A DNA stretch of 64,000 nt, taken from assembly GCA_963713605.1 (NCBI GenBank), contig CAVQMO010000001.1, positions 512,001 through 576,000 on the forward strand. Reading direction: 5' to 3'. Both the position numbers and the translations under genes were made by a program. This document shows, piece by piece, positions 22,483-34,143 of the stretch (its first letter is position 1; every line of letters begins with the position of its first letter). Source of the DNA: an uncultured Nitrososphaerales archaeon. Its GTDB lineage: Archaea > Thermoproteota > Nitrososphaeria > Nitrososphaerales > Nitrososphaeraceae. The notes beneath the pieces are model-generated. The model searched no databases, was not told where the DNA came from, and saw only the letters and a program-made list of their open reading frames with translations.

Positions 22483-22695
22483 ATGTCTAGCGAGTACGAG
22501 AAGAACGTAGTAAAGCTCATCCAAGAAAAACTTGACGAGTTAGAATATTTGAAAAAGGCTGAAGACTGGAATAAATCTCGGGCACAGAGATTGGCAGACG
22601 AAATTGAAACACTTGAGACCTTATTTGAAAATTACAACTTAGGAATGAATTATTTTCGGCGGGCGAAAGGGGGAAGATCAGGACTCAGAGAATGA
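22483..22695 (+). CDS. Small hypothetical protein (coiled-coil-like)
   Basis: ATG start after a TTTATTA box; charged 70-aa ORF. Confidence 0.65.
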   Translation: MSSEYEKNVVKLIQEKLDELEYLKKAEDWNKSRAQRLADEIETLETLFENYNLGMNYFRRAKGGRSGLRE

Positions 22696-22860
22696 GGGTT
22701 TCGCCTGCATAAGGCTAGCAGGTGTATGTTCAATTTTTAGTATCGGAAATTATCATTATACCTTCTTCTCGGAGCGTAACTGCGGGTCTGGCAGCTCAAA
22801 ATCTCATTATAAACTAACAAGAGAGACTTCGTAATTATTTATATACCTAATTCTTGGCAT

Positions 22861-24415
22861 ATGACTCAGGCCATGCACGAGGATAAGATAAAGAAGTTAT
22901 ATCATATCAAGAAGCTGTCTGAGGAAGGAGGCGGGCCGGAGAGGATTTCCGCCCAACATTCCAAGGGTAAGCTAACAGCGAGGGAAAGAATTAGCCTTCT
23001 GTTAGATGAGGATTCTTTCGTCGAAATTGATAAGTATGTAATCCATCGCAATGATGATCCTTCGACTAGAGCGTATTTTGGAGATGGGGTATTGACAGGA
23101 TTCGGCACCATTGATGGGCGAAAGGTGTTTGTTTACGTTTACGATTTTACGGTGTTAGGAGGCTCGCTAGGTGAAATGGCAGGAAAAAAGATCGTGAAGG
23201 TTATGGATCATGCTCTTAGGGTCGGTGTCCCTATCATAGGAATTCTGGATTCGGGAGGAGCAAGAATTCAAGAAGGAGTAATGAGTTTAGACGGTTACGG
23301 GGATATCTTCTATCGGAACACTCTCGCATCGGGCGTTATTCCACAAATAACTGCCAGCATGGGTCCTTGTGCAGGGGGTGCTGTTTATTCTCCTGCCATG
23401 ACTGACTTCGTAATTATGGTGGAACGCATAGGGCAAATGTTTGTTACAGGACCTGAGGTAGTCCATGAGGTGTTAGGGCAGGAGGTTTCATTTGAAGAGC
23501 TAGGAGGTGCAATAACACATGCCAGTAAATCTGGCGTGGCTCATTTTGTAGCAAAAGACGAATATGCATGCATTGATAAGATAAAAAAACTCCTTTCCTA
23601 TCTACCACAAAACAATAGCGAATTTCCTCCAATTGTTCAACCAGGAGATGATCCAAATCGGATCGATGCTACCCTTGCGTCTATACTCCCTGAAAATCCG
23701 TATGAACAATATGATATGAAGCAAATAGTCAAATCAATTGTCGATCACGGAGATTTCTTTGAGATACACGAACTCTTCGCAGAGAATGTTGTTGTAGGGT
23801 TTGCAAGAATGGGAGGAAGATCTGTAGGAATAGTTGCTAACCAGCCTTTGTATCTTGCTGGAGCCTTGGATATTAATTCTTCCAACAAAGTCTGCGAGGT
23901 TCATTAGATTTTGTGATTGCTACAACATTCCCATTGTTACCTTGGTAGATACTCCTGGTTACCTACCTGGAACGGATCAAGAACACAACGGGATAATTCG
24001 GCATGGGAGCAAATTGTTGTACTCTTATTGCGAGGCATCTGTGCCTAAGATCACTTGTATAATAGGAAAAGCGTATGGCGGCGCTTATATCGCCATGGGA
24101 AGCAAAAACCTTAGAGCTGACATAAACTTTGCATGGCCAACAGCTGAAATTGCAGTTCTTGGACCCGAGGCCGCAATAACGATAATAAATCGCCGAGACC
24201 TCAAGAAATCTGAGGACTTGGCAAAAACCAAAAAGACTCTTGCGAAAGAATACAGAGAAAAGTTCGCCAATCCCTATATCGCAGCAGAGAAAGGAATTAT
24301 CGATTTGGTTATAGATCCAATGGAAACTAGACCTATGATTATAAGGGCACTTGATACCTTATCCACTAAAAGGGAGACATATCCGTGGAAGAAACATGGG
24401 AACATAAATTTATAG
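22861..24415 (+). CDS. pccB: Acetyl/propionyl-CoA carboxylase carboxyltransferase subunit (frameshift near 23888)
   Basis: GKLTARERI, DSGGARIQEG, GPCAGGAVYSPA, VDTPGYLPG and KKHGNI. Confidence 0.95.
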
Positions 24416-24425
24416 AGGTGAGCAA

Positions 24426-25947
24426 ATTACGACCAAAACAATAAGCAAAATTCTGATTGCAAATAGGGGCGAGATCGCTCTAAGGGTAGTCCGTGCATGT
24501 AAAGAACTGGGAATAAAATCTGTTGCAGTATTTTCTGATGAAGATACACGCTCAGTGCATGTAAAAAGAGCTGACGAAGCATACAACATTGGACCAGCAG
24601 CAGCCACAGAAAGTTATCTGAATCTGAAGAGAATTATTGAGATTGCAAAGCAATCAGGGTCAGATGCTATTCATCCAGGGTATGGGTTTTTGTCCGAAAA
24701 CGAAGGATTTGCAAAGGCTTGCAAGAAGAGTGGGATAATATTCATAGGGCCTGGAAGTGAAGCTATGGAAGTCACTGGTGACAAGATGAAGTGTAAAGAA
24801 GTGATGAAAGAAGCAGGAGTTCCATTGGTGCCCGGTAGTGACGGTGTAGTTGATGATCTTGATGAAGCCGTTGCGATAGCAAAAGATTCTGGATTTCCTG
24901 TCCTCCTCAAATCTGCATTTGGTGGGGGAGGAAGAGGGATTCGCTTGGCCAAGGATGAAAAAGAACTACGGCAAGAATACGAGATGGCCTCTGCCGAATC
25001 AAAGGCAGCGTTTGGGAAAGGCTGCACTTTATGTTGAAAAATGCCTTGAGGGCATCCGCCATATTGAATATCAACTTATTCGCGATACACACGGCAACAG
25101 TAGGCACCTATTCGAACGTGAATGTTCTGTGCAAAGAAGACATCAGAAGCTCATCGAAATGTCTCCGTCTCCCGTCCTAGATGCTAAAACTCGTAATAAG
25201 ATAGGAGAAATCGCAGTTAGAGCTGTTGATGCCGTGGATTACGTCAATGCGGGAACGGCCGAATTTTTAAGAGACAACAAAGGAAATTTCTACTTTATAG
25301 AAATAAACTCCAGATTACAAGTGGAACATCCAGTCACTGAATTTGTTACAGGGTTAGATCTTGTGAAATTGCAAATTTCAATAGCACAAGAAGAAAAAAT
25401 CCCGTTCAAGCAGGAAGAGTTAAATTTAAGAGGATCAGCAATTGAATGTCGTATAAACGCAGAAGACCCATTTAACGAATTCTCGCCATCGGTCGGATTA
25501 GTTCCTTCATGCAATCTACCTTACGGGCCCGGTGTACGGGTGGATTCATATCTATACCCTGGCTGTATGGTATCCGGATATTATGACTCCCTCGTGGCAA
25601 AGCTCATTACTTGGGGCAACCATTTCGAAGAAGCTAGAAGCCGGATGATTAACGCATTAAATGAATTTGAAGTCGAGGGTGTAAATACAACCATACCTCT
25701 TCACAAGACGATAATGAAGGAGGAGCATTTCATAAGAGGGGAGCTGTCAACTGACTATCTAGATCGATATGCGTTAATGGATAAGCTTCTCAAGGATACG
25801 AAGGGCTTGTCATCTCAGACTCAGGTTCCTGCTCTCGCCGCACTTTTGCTTTATTCAGAGTTTAAGAGAACCCATTCACTCAGCAGAGGTGATGTTCGGC
25901 CTTCCGAACGCATGCCGGCATGGATCAGACAGAGAGGAAGCTTTTGA
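24426..25947 (+). CDS. accC: Biotin carboxylase subunit (start uncertain; frameshift near 25020)
   Basis: KILIANRGEIA.R, AIHPGYGFLSEN, GGGGRGI, ERECSVQRRHQK and RLQVEHPVTE. Confidence 0.95.
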
Positions 25948-26459
25948 TGGAATTTAAAATAGCGCATCTGGATCAGCCCGTTAACGCAGAGTTTGTCAGC
26001 ACCCTGGGCGAGTCTGAAGCCATGGTCAAGATAAACCAAAGAGATTACCGTCTGAAAGTCCTGAGGTTTTCTTCAAATATTGTCGAATTTATGATAGATA
26101 ACTCCTACCATTACGCAAAAATACTCAATTCTAGTACTTCTGAGGTGAAGTTGTTAATAGATGGGACTGAAATGAAAATAAACAAGCATTCCAAACTGTC
26201 AGAAGTTTTGGAAAAGTCATTATCTATGATCTCGCAGACGACGGGAGTAAATAATTTGACAAGTCAGATACCCGGAAGAGTTGTTAGCGTATTAGGGAAG
26301 CAGGGTGACCCGGTAAACAAAGGGGACTCCATAGTGGTACTGGAATCCATGAAAATGCAGGTTGCGGTAAAATCCCATAAAGATGGCAAGATAAAAGAAA
26401 TAAAAGTTAAGCAGGGAAACACTGTATCCAGAAATGACGTCATTGCTGTTATAGAGTAG
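25947..26459 (+). CDS. accB: Biotin carboxyl carrier protein
   Basis: SQIPGRVV..VLESMKMQ (biotinyl-Lys motif); TGATG overlap with accC. Confidence 0.93.
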   Translation: MEFKIAHLDQPVNAEFVSTLGESEAMVKINQRDYRLKVLRFSSNIVEFMIDNSYHYAKILNSSTSEVKLLIDGTEMKINKHSKLSEVLEKSLSMISQTTGVNNLTSQIPGRVVSVLGKQGDPVNKGDSIVVLESMKMQVAVKSHKDGKIKEIKVKQGNTVSRNDVIAVIE

Positions 26460-26558
26460 TAAGAATAAAAAAGTAACATTCAGTCACATGCATCTTGCCA
26501 CAGAGGGCTGGCACCTTTACATTTAACAAACCTTAATTAGTAAAGTAAAATTGCCTAA

Positions 26559-27050
26559 CTATTTTTCCAAAGAAGATCTTATCTCGTCGTAATTTGGCTC
26601 CACCAGTGGATTGTCAGATATCCATCTGTACCTAATTATTCCGCTTTCGTCCAGCACGAACACTGAACGCTTAGCTGCGTTATAACTTTCTAAAGGACCC
26701 AAGTTGGCCATTACAATGCCATATTTGTTTATGACCTCACGCTTGTAATCGCTAAGAATCGGAAAATTAAGGTGTCTGTTCTCTGTAAAAATCTTGTTAG
26801 CAAACGGGCCGTCTACGGAGATACCAACAACCTGAGCCCCAAGGGATTTTAGCATTGCTAGCGAGTCCCTCAGCGCACACATTTCGGCAGTACATACAGG
26901 CGATTCTGCAGCTGGAAAAAAAGCGAGAACAAGTTTCCTGCCCCTAAATTCTTCAAGGCTTCGACTTCTCATCTCAACATCAGGCAGATTAAAGCCAGGA
27001 GCTTCTTGTCCTATCTTGGGAACTGAAACGGTTGTTGGGGTTGAAGACAT
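26559..27050 (-). CDS. Peroxiredoxin (AhpC/TSA family)
   Basis: FFPAAESPVCTAEMC, GISVD, FPILSD and AKRSVFVLD. Confidence 0.92.
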   Translation of the reverse strand: MSSTPTTVSVPKIGQEAPGFNLPDVEMRSRSLEEFRGRKLVLAFFPAAESPVCTAEMCALRDSLAMLKSLGAQVVGISVDGPFANKIFTENRHLNFPILSDYKREVINKYGIVMANLGPLESYNAAKRSVFVLDESGIIRYRWISDNPLVEPNYDEIRSSLEK

Positions 27051-27092
27051 GGACCAGACTACACCTTAGGACAATAAATTAATTTCGGAATC

Positions 27093-28299
27093 TCAGCTAT
27101 TTGGAAAGCCGGAGTGTCTGCGTAGCTCCCTAATTGTTTCTTCCAACGCCAAAACTACCCTTTCTACTTCAAACGTTGTGTTTTGATGACCAAGAGTAAG
27201 CCGAAGGGAACCTTCAATTTCCAACAGCGATAGGCCCATTGCTTTGAGTACATGGGAGGGCCTAGCTTTATTAGAAGAGCATGCTGCCACCGGTAGACGC
27301 CGCAATCCCGTACTCATTCAGTTTTACAATGATGTCCTCTCCCTTGACTCCAGGAAAGCTAAAATGAGCGTTATTGGGTAGTCTTTGATTCATTGAACCG
27401 TTGACATGGCTTCTAGGTACCGTCGATAATACTCTATCAATGAGATAGTCCCTGAGTTTCTTTACGTTGCTCCAATTTTCAAACAGGTTTTCTGAAGCGA
27501 TCCTGCAGGCCTCACCAAAACCTACTATGCCATATACATTTTCAGTGCCCGATCTCAAGGACTTTTCTTGACCCCCGCCGTCGATCAAAGGGATCAATTG
27601 GTCCCGGTCGCGAGCATATAAAGCCCCAATTCCTTTCGGTCCGTATATCTTGTGTGACGATAGCGATAGCAGATCCACACCAAGTTGCTTCACATCGATT
27701 GGAATTTTCCCCAGAGCCTGGACAACATCACAATGGAAGAGGGCGGTGGAATATTCATGGGTAATTTTAGCTAATTCTCTAATTGGCTGAATGGTCCCCA
27801 CCTCATTGTTCGCTAACATCATGCTTACGAGCCTTACTTTATCTTTCTTTAGGATTTCAAGTAAGGATTCCAGCTTAATGATTCCTTCCCTATTCACTTC
27901 GACAAATTTAACATTGAATCCCTGAGCTTTTAAGGTATTGAAAGGTTGAAGTACTGAGTCATGTTCTATGCTACTTGAAATAAGAACAGTACTCTGGTTA
28001 TCATTGTCGATACCTAGTCTGGATACACTGCCCTTAATGGCTAGATTGTTTGCCTCTGTTCCACCAGATGTGAACGTTATTTCGTTAGGACTGCTTCCCA
28101 CGAGGTAAGCTACGTGTCTCCGGGCTTTCTCAATTGCTCTTGAAGTGTTGAAGCCAAACGAATGCTGTGAAGACGGATTTCCATAGTGATTTCCAAGATA
28201 AGGAACCATTTCTTGGATCACTTCGGCAAGAACGGGAGTAGTTGCCGCGTTGTCAAAGTAGATCAAGGCACGGTGATCCATTGTCAAATTCATCTTCAC
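27093..28299 (-). CDS. iscS: Cysteine desulfurase IscS/NifS (frameshift near 27285)
   Basis: YFDNAATTP, FTSGGTEANN, SSHKIYGPKG and RSGTEN; the ASTG..ACSS motif is split across frames. Confidence 0.93.
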
Positions 28300-28306
28300 T
28301 ATTGTC

Positions 28307-29143
28307 CTATTTCACTATAACTAGGCTTCCTTGTCTGTATCCTTTCATGTCGACTGACACGTATCTAAAACCAAGTTCTTTGATCATTTGGTCGGCTTCT
28401 CCCAGCTTTTTGACATCAAACAACCTATGAAGTTCATTACTTCCCACCTCAATTCGTGCAAGCTCGCCATGATCTCTTACTCTGACCTGTTCTACATCAA
28501 AGATTGTCTTTATTATGGATTCAGCCTTTTCAATCCTAGCAATTAAAGAATGTGTTATTCCCTTCCCGTACGGGATTCGAGAGGCTAAACAAGAATTTGC
28601 AGGTTTATTAGAGACAGAAAGTTTGAAGTATTCTGCGATTTTTCGAATATCTGACTTATTTAGGCCAACTTCAAGTAAGGGATGTCTTACACCTGCCTCC
28701 TGCAATGCTCTAATTCCGGGTCTATGATCTCCTAGATCATCAACATGTGTCCCATCAACAATACTTTTGGCTCCAATTTCTTTTCCTCTTGAAACAAGAT
28801 GGAGTGCTAGGTCCTTTCGACAGTGATAGCATCTAGCATTGTCGTTTCTTGTGAAATCTTGATTCATGAGCATATTGTACTCTACTATTTCATGTTTAAT
28901 CCCCAGTTCCTTTGCTACAATAATGGCACTCTTTAGTTCCTCTTCCGAGGTAGTAGCACAATTTGCCGTCATCGCCATAGCTTTCTGGCCCAATCGCATT
29001 TGAGCGGCTAATGCTACAACAGCACTATCTACTCCGCCAGAAAGGGCAACAATTACCTTGTCATTGATCGCGCCGAACCATCTGAGCAACAGATCGTATT
29101 TTTGACCTGACCCGTCAAGCTCGCGAATGGAATTTATCTCCAA
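28307..29143 (-). CDS. larE: Nickel-pincer cofactor sulfur transferase LarE
   Basis: ALSGGVDS PP-loop, RCYHCRK, DGT..DD.GDHRPG, CLASRIPYG and VRVRDH. Confidence 0.92.
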   Translation of the reverse strand: MEINSIRELDGSGQKYDLLLRWFGAINDKVIVALSGGVDSAVVALAAQMRLGQKAMAMTANCATTSEEELKSAIIVAKELGIKHEIVEYNMLMNQDFTRNDNARCYHCRKDLALHLVSRGKEIGAKSIVDGTHVDDLGDHRPGIRALQEAGVRHPLLEVGLNKSDIRKIAEYFKLSVSNKPANSCLASRIPYGKGITHSLIARIEKAESIIKTIFDVEQVRVRDHGELARIEVGSNELHRLFDVKKLGEADQMIKELGFRYVSVDMKGYRQGSLVIVK

Positions 29144-30377
29144 ACCTAGTTTGAATCTCAGATAAAGCTATCTGGTTTGCCACTCTTAAAGGTATTCTTA
29201 ATGACCTCGAAATTTTACTGATATCATTAAATTCTGGTTTGGCATTCACAATCTTTCCGTTAGAATCTTTGGAAACCTTCACGTGTATGATAAATTCATC
29301 GTTCAATATCTTGCATTTCATGGTTATTGCATCTCTATCTAATACTATCCTTTTCATATCTTGAATTCGCACGCCTAAAGTTCCCGTCTCTGTAAAGAGA
29401 AAATCCAAAGTAGCGTCTACTCTACTGAAATCAGTTATGATTTTTATCGTATAGTTTGGTCTGTTCTTCTTCGATATACCAGGTATAACGGTTACATCCT
29501 TTATCCCGCTTTTACTTAAATGTTCGATCAAGGCTCCCAAGTTCTCTCCTGTGATATCGTCTACATTTGTTTCCAACACAATCACAGTATCGTTTCCGTA
29601 CTTGAATGATGAACGGGAATTTCCCTTTACAAATCTTGTCACATTTGCAATTTGTCCGAGATCTTTGGAACCTGCACCGAATCCTATTCTTTCCGGTTGG
29701 AAGTCTGGGTATCTATTTACACTTCCTATACAAAGATTTGCAAGTAGAGCGGCACCAGTTGGAGTAGTAGTTTCAGTTTCAGAATACCCAGCTGTAAGGA
29801 TAAATGGTCTGCCCAAAAAGATCTGTAATACTGCGTTGGTCGGATTCTGGACAATCCCATGCGAGAAATGTGTGAGCCCGCTTCCAGTTGCAATCGGTGT
29901 AGAGTAGACATTCGACGAGAAGAGATCAAGACTATTGGCAGCAATCCCCGATCCTACTAAATCGACCAGTGTGTCGATATTTGATGCTTCGTGGAGGTCA
30001 ACAGCCCTAGTACTCTGACCGTGAATTTTAGATTCAGCGGCAACCAATGTTTGCATGGTATTCTGAATATATGATTTAGTCCGGTGATCTAAATCTAATT
30101 TTTTGCAGCAGCGAGAGGTGGCTGTAATAAGTTCCCTCCCTTTTCTACTGGTCTTATTATCCGTAGATTTAAGAAAGAATCGCGTCGCTTTGATTCCCTT
30201 AGACGTCACCTTTTCAAAACTTGCCTCTAAGATCCTGACACCTTCCAAGAAATCTTCGCACGCATAGATTGAATCAAGAACCCGCTTCACGTCCGCCCCT
30301 GCATCTATAAGTGATGAGAGAAACATATCGCCTGATATACCTGAAATTTGCGAATCAATCACTGCAATTCCTGGCAA
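29115..30377 (-). CDS. larC: Nickel-pincer cofactor nickel insertase LarC
   Basis: GISGDMFL, AESKIHG..HE, TPTGAA, LETNVDD.TGE, KKNRP, ETGTLGVR and KPEF. Confidence 0.93.
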   Translation of the reverse strand: MPGIAVIDSQISGISGDMFLSSLIDAGADVKRVLDSIYACEDFLEGVRILEASFEKVTSKGIKATRFFLKSTDNKTSRKGRELITATSRCCKKLDLDHRTKSYIQNTMQTLVAAESKIHGQSTRAVDLHEASNIDTLVDLVGSGIAANSLDLFSSNVYSTPIATGSGLTHFSHGIVQNPTNAVLQIFLGRPFILTAGYSETETTTPTGAALLANLCIGSVNRYPDFQPERIGFGAGSKDLGQIANVTRFVKGNSRSSFKYGNDTVIVLETNVDDITGENLGALIEHLSKSGIKDVTVIPGISKKNRPNYTIKIITDFSRVDATLDFLFTETGTLGVRIQDMKRIVLDRDAITMKCKILNDEFIIHVKVSKDSNGKIVNAKPEFNDISKISRSLRIPLRVANQIALSEIQTRFGDKFHSRA

Positions 30378-30492
30378 GAACTAACTCAGATAATTAGGGC
30401 AAATACATATTTAATTTGTAGCCATGTCGATGATTTTAGGGCACAATTAGAAGACTTTTATTAGCGACTCGGGGCGTATTTTTGGAATAAAT

Positions 30493-31407
30493 ATGAATAT
30501 CACTGTTGTCGGTTCGGGCAAAGTTGGTGCTTCTGCGGCATTGAATGCTTGTCTTCGAAAGTTAGGAGATGTTCTTTTATTGGATATCGTGAAGGGACTC
30601 CCTCAAGGGGAGGCCTTGGACATAAACCATCAATTGTCTGAACTTGGCATCGATTGTAGAGTAAGAGGTTCAAATGAGTATGAGGATTTGATAGGCTCCG
30701 ACATCATCGTATTGGTGGCCGGGGTGGGAAGGAAGCCCGGAATGACCAGGATGGACCTCTTAACCACAAATGCAAATATCATCAAAGATATTGCTACCAA
30801 GATACGATCGTTGGCTAGTCGTGCAATTGTGATCGTAGTCACGAATCCTGTTGATCCGATGACCTATTTGACTTTAAAAATTCTTGGAACAGACAAAAAA
30901 AGGGTCATGGGAATGGGTAACATGCTTGATCTTTCGAGATTCAAAAGTCTTATTCACGAGACCACTGGATTTTCAAGAGCCTCCATCAGCGCAATGGTGA
31001 TTGGAGAACATGGCGAGAATATGCTGCCTCTTCCTAGGTTTTCTTCGGTATCAGGAATTCCGTTAACCACATTCTTGTCATCGGAACAAATCAAGACCAC
31101 TCTCGAATCTACGAGGAAGATAGCTGCTGAAGTTATATCTCTAAAAGGTGCGACAATTCACGCCCCCGGTAATGCGATAGCCGCAATGATTGAATCTATT
31201 GTAAGAGACAGAAAGAGCCTGATCCCGGTGTCTGCTCTTTTGGACGGAGAATATGGTGGTTCAAATGTTTGTCTTGGGGTACCAGCAGTACTCGGTGCAA
31301 ATGGCATTGAGAAAATAGTTGAACTAAAACTCGATAGTTCGGAAAGAGAGATATTTGATAGAGGAATAGCAAGCGTTAAAACTGCAATTACCGAGCTTCA
31401 TATGTAA
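30493..31407 (+). CDS. mdh: Malate dehydrogenase (LDH-like)
   Basis: GSGKVG, RKPGMTRMDL, VTNPVD, LDLSRF and IGEHG. Confidence 0.93.
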   Translation: MNITVVGSGKVGASAALNACLRKLGDVLLLDIVKGLPQGEALDINHQLSELGIDCRVRGSNEYEDLIGSDIIVLVAGVGRKPGMTRMDLLTTNANIIKDIATKIRSLASRAIVIVVTNPVDPMTYLTLKILGTDKKRVMGMGNMLDLSRFKSLIHETTGFSRASISAMVIGEHGENMLPLPRFSSVSGIPLTTFLSSEQIKTTLESTRKIAAEVISLKGATIHAPGNAIAAMIESIVRDRKSLIPVSALLDGEYGGSNVCLGVPAVLGANGIEKIVELKLDSSEREIFDRGIASVKTAITELHM

Positions 31408-31440
31408 GGCTTTTATCATCGAGAGTTTCATTGGTTACGA

Positions 31441-32281
31441 ATGGATCTGGGCCAATTGCTGAAAAAATACTCTGATGGCGAGATTGGGATTAACGAAATT
31501 CAAAGAGAAATTTCAATTGAGAACATCGGATACATAGGAGATAACATAGCACGTCTTGACGTACAAAGGGAGAAGCGAAAGGGTTGTCCAGAGGTTATCC
31601 TTGCTTTAGAAAAGCAATACAAAGATTTGTATGAAATTACCCTAAAAACGTTGGAGAAAACAGGCCTGGCCCTCATAAGCAAGGTATCAGAGGAAGTCTT
31701 TGCAAAACTCTCAACTCAGTTGAAACTGGAAGGATATATGGTTGAGTTAGCGGCACGTGGGACAACCATTATGGTATCGACCCAAGAACTCACAATCAAC
31801 GGGAGTAATCCTCAGATTGGGATCATTTGTGCTGGGACATCGGATATACCTATCGCTGAGGAGGCGAGAATGATGGCCAAAGCTATGGGCTGCGCCGCAA
31901 ATATTCACTATGACGTAGGGATAGCAGGAATACATAGGTTGCTTCCAGCTCTAAAGGGCATCATGGAAAAAAACGTAGAAGCTATCGTAGTAGTAGCTGG
32001 AATGGAAGGGGCTCTTGCATCAGTTATATCAGCATTGGTAGATGTCCCCGTCATAGGAGTACCCACGTCTGTCGGTTACGGCATGGGATCTGGTGGCATC
32101 GGAGCATTGACATCAATGCTGCAGACCTGCACATTTGGCTTGGCCGTCATGAATATCGATAACGGCATAGGTGCTGGTGCCTTTGCTCGCTCTGATCTGC
32201 AAGAGGATGTCATTAAGGCATCACACTAAAAATGATTTGCTTCGCACTCACTCACTTACGAGGAGATCCAGACCAAGCTAA
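31441..32281 (+). CDS. larB: Nickel-pincer cofactor carboxylase/hydrolase LarB (probable indel near 32190)
   Basis: RKGCPEVI, AGTSDIPIAEEA, DVGIAGIHRL, AGMEGAL, VPTSVGYG and NIDNG. Confidence 0.93.
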
Positions 32282-32353
32282 TCTTCTCAAACGTTTATAA
32301 AGGCATTTCATTCGTTGGTTATAATTACGTGAAAAGGTGTAGATGAAAATATA

Positions 32354-32953
32354 ATGGGTTACATTGCTACGCTCAAGAGGATTAGAAACGGTCGAACAAA
32401 TTACAGGAAAAGGGCCGCTCTCCTTCTCTCAAGAAGAAGATTTGTTACTATAACCGTTAGTGACGAGAATGTTCAAGCTCAGATTGCATACCCGATGGCA
32501 AAGGGGGATGTTACTATAACCTCATCACACAGCAGAGAACTCACAAGATTCGGTTGGAACGGTTCTCTGAATTCTCTCCCTGCGTGTTACTTAACAGGTT
32601 TGTTGTTGGGCAAGAAGTCTCTGCGAAAGGATGTAGACGAGGCTGTCCTATATACAGGTAAGAACCCGTTTACGTCTAGAGTCGCCGCCTGCCTAAAGGG
32701 TATAATTGATTCTGGGATGAAAGTCCCTGCATCAGATTCTTCATTTCCGCCCGAAGAACGCTTGGTGGGAAATCATATCGCAGAATATGCCCGAATTCTG
32801 CAAGACGAGAATAAAGATGCTTATAACAATCGCTTTTCAAGGTTAATCGCTAATAATTTCGATCCGACTCAATACAGCAGATACGTACGCAAAGTTAAGG
32901 ATGCTATTACTACTTCAGATGGACTAGGTAAAAATGCAGACGAAGAGAAGTGA
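32354..32953 (+). CDS. rpl18: 50S ribosomal protein L18
   Basis: GRTNYRKR..LL and ACYLTGLLLG; operon context. Confidence 0.95.
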   Translation: MGYIATLKRIRNGRTNYRKRAALLLSRRRFVTITVSDENVQAQIAYPMAKGDVTITSSHSRELTRFGWNGSLNSLPACYLTGLLLGKKSLRKDVDEAVLYTGKNPFTSRVAACLKGIIDSGMKVPASDSSFPPEERLVGNHIAEYARILQDENKDAYNNRFSRLIANNFDPTQYSRYVRKVKDAITTSDGLGKNADEEK

Positions 32954-32969
32954 GTTGGAGTAGATTGAA

Positions 32970-33581
32970 TTGAGCCGACAAAATCAGCAGCATGCTGAGT
33001 GGGTACCAAGGACATCCTTGGGCTTGCTGGTGGCCAGTGGAAAGATAAACTCGATGGACGAAGTCTACGAAAATGGACTCAGGATACAAGAATCAGAGAT
33101 TATAAAGCGTCTGCTTCCAGACATTCGAAGTCAAGTTGTGCACGTAGGCATTGTTCAGAAGCAGACAGACGCTGGAGAGATGACTAGATTCAATGCCATC
33201 GTAGCAGTAGGCAATGAGGCAGGATGGTTTGGAATAGGAAAGGGTAAGGCATCTCAGATGAGAATTGCAATCGATAAAGCGACCAATACCGCCTTTTTGA
33301 ACGTCATCCCAGTGAAGCGTGGATGTGGAAGTTGGGAGTGTCGTTGTAATCAAACACATTCAGTTCCGTTCAAAGTGACAGGTAGAGGCGGTAGCGTAAC
33401 TATTGAAATTATCCCCGGGCCTCGAGGCCTTGGGCTGGTTGCGGGCGAGAATATACGAAGTCTGTTAAAGCTAGCTGGTTTAACTGACGCATGGACGAAA
33501 TCATTTGGATCAACCAGTACAATGTCTTCGACGACCAAGGCTATATTTGACGCATTGCGGAGCACTTATAGTAAAGGGTAA
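32970..33581 (+). CDS. rps5: 30S ribosomal protein S5
   Basis: WVPRT.LG, VQKQTDAG, RGCGSWEC and PGPRGLGLVAG. Confidence 0.96.
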   Translation: MSRQNQQHAEWVPRTSLGLLVASGKINSMDEVYENGLRIQESEIIKRLLPDIRSQVVHVGIVQKQTDAGEMTRFNAIVAVGNEAGWFGIGKGKASQMRIAIDKATNTAFLNVIPVKRGCGSWECRCNQTHSVPFKVTGRGGSVTIEIIPGPRGLGLVAGENIRSLLKLAGLTDAWTKSFGSTSTMSSTTKAIFDALRSTYSKG

Positions 33582-33596
33582 AGGGGAACTAGAGTA

Positions 33597-34055
33597 ATGG
33601 CTTATTTGGTTGTTAGGATGCGCGGTACTGTTAATGTTCCATATTGGGCCGATACCACCTTAGAGAGTCTTAATCTTGCAAAGAAATTCAGGGCAACAAT
33701 TGTACCAGAAAGTACCGAGTATTCGGGTATGCTAAATAGAATAAGGCAGCTTGTTACGTGGTGTCACGTCGACAATGAGACAGTTAAAGATCTTTTGAAT
33801 AAGAAAGGTAGAAAGACAGCATCCCAACCTTTGAAAGAATCTGACTTACCAAAGGAGTATAGCAACATGGACAAACTTGCGTCTGATATCGCCAACGATG
33901 CAGTAGTATTCTCCAAACTGAATGGTATAAAACCATGGTTTGCATTGAATCCACCTCGCGGCGGGTTTAAGAAGTCTATCAAGAAGCAAACAACTCAAAA
34001 TGGAATCCTAGGAGAGAACAAATTATTGATCGATCTCGTTAAGAAAATGATGTGA
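33597..34055 (+). CDS. rpl30: 50S ribosomal protein L30
   Basis: YLVVRMRG and FALNPPRGGFK. Confidence 0.94.
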   Translation: MAYLVVRMRGTVNVPYWADTTLESLNLAKKFRATIVPESTEYSGMLNRIRQLVTWCHVDNETVKDLLNKKGRKTASQPLKESDLPKEYSNMDKLASDIANDAVVFSKLNGIKPWFALNPPRGGFKKSIKKQTTQNGILGENKLLIDLVKKMM

Positions 34056-34143
34056 GAGAGCCACGGAGCAAGACTTATTTAAGGTTAGACCCATCTCCAA
34101 CACCAAGACGTTGGGTTTGAACGTGGGAGAGAAGTAACTGATT

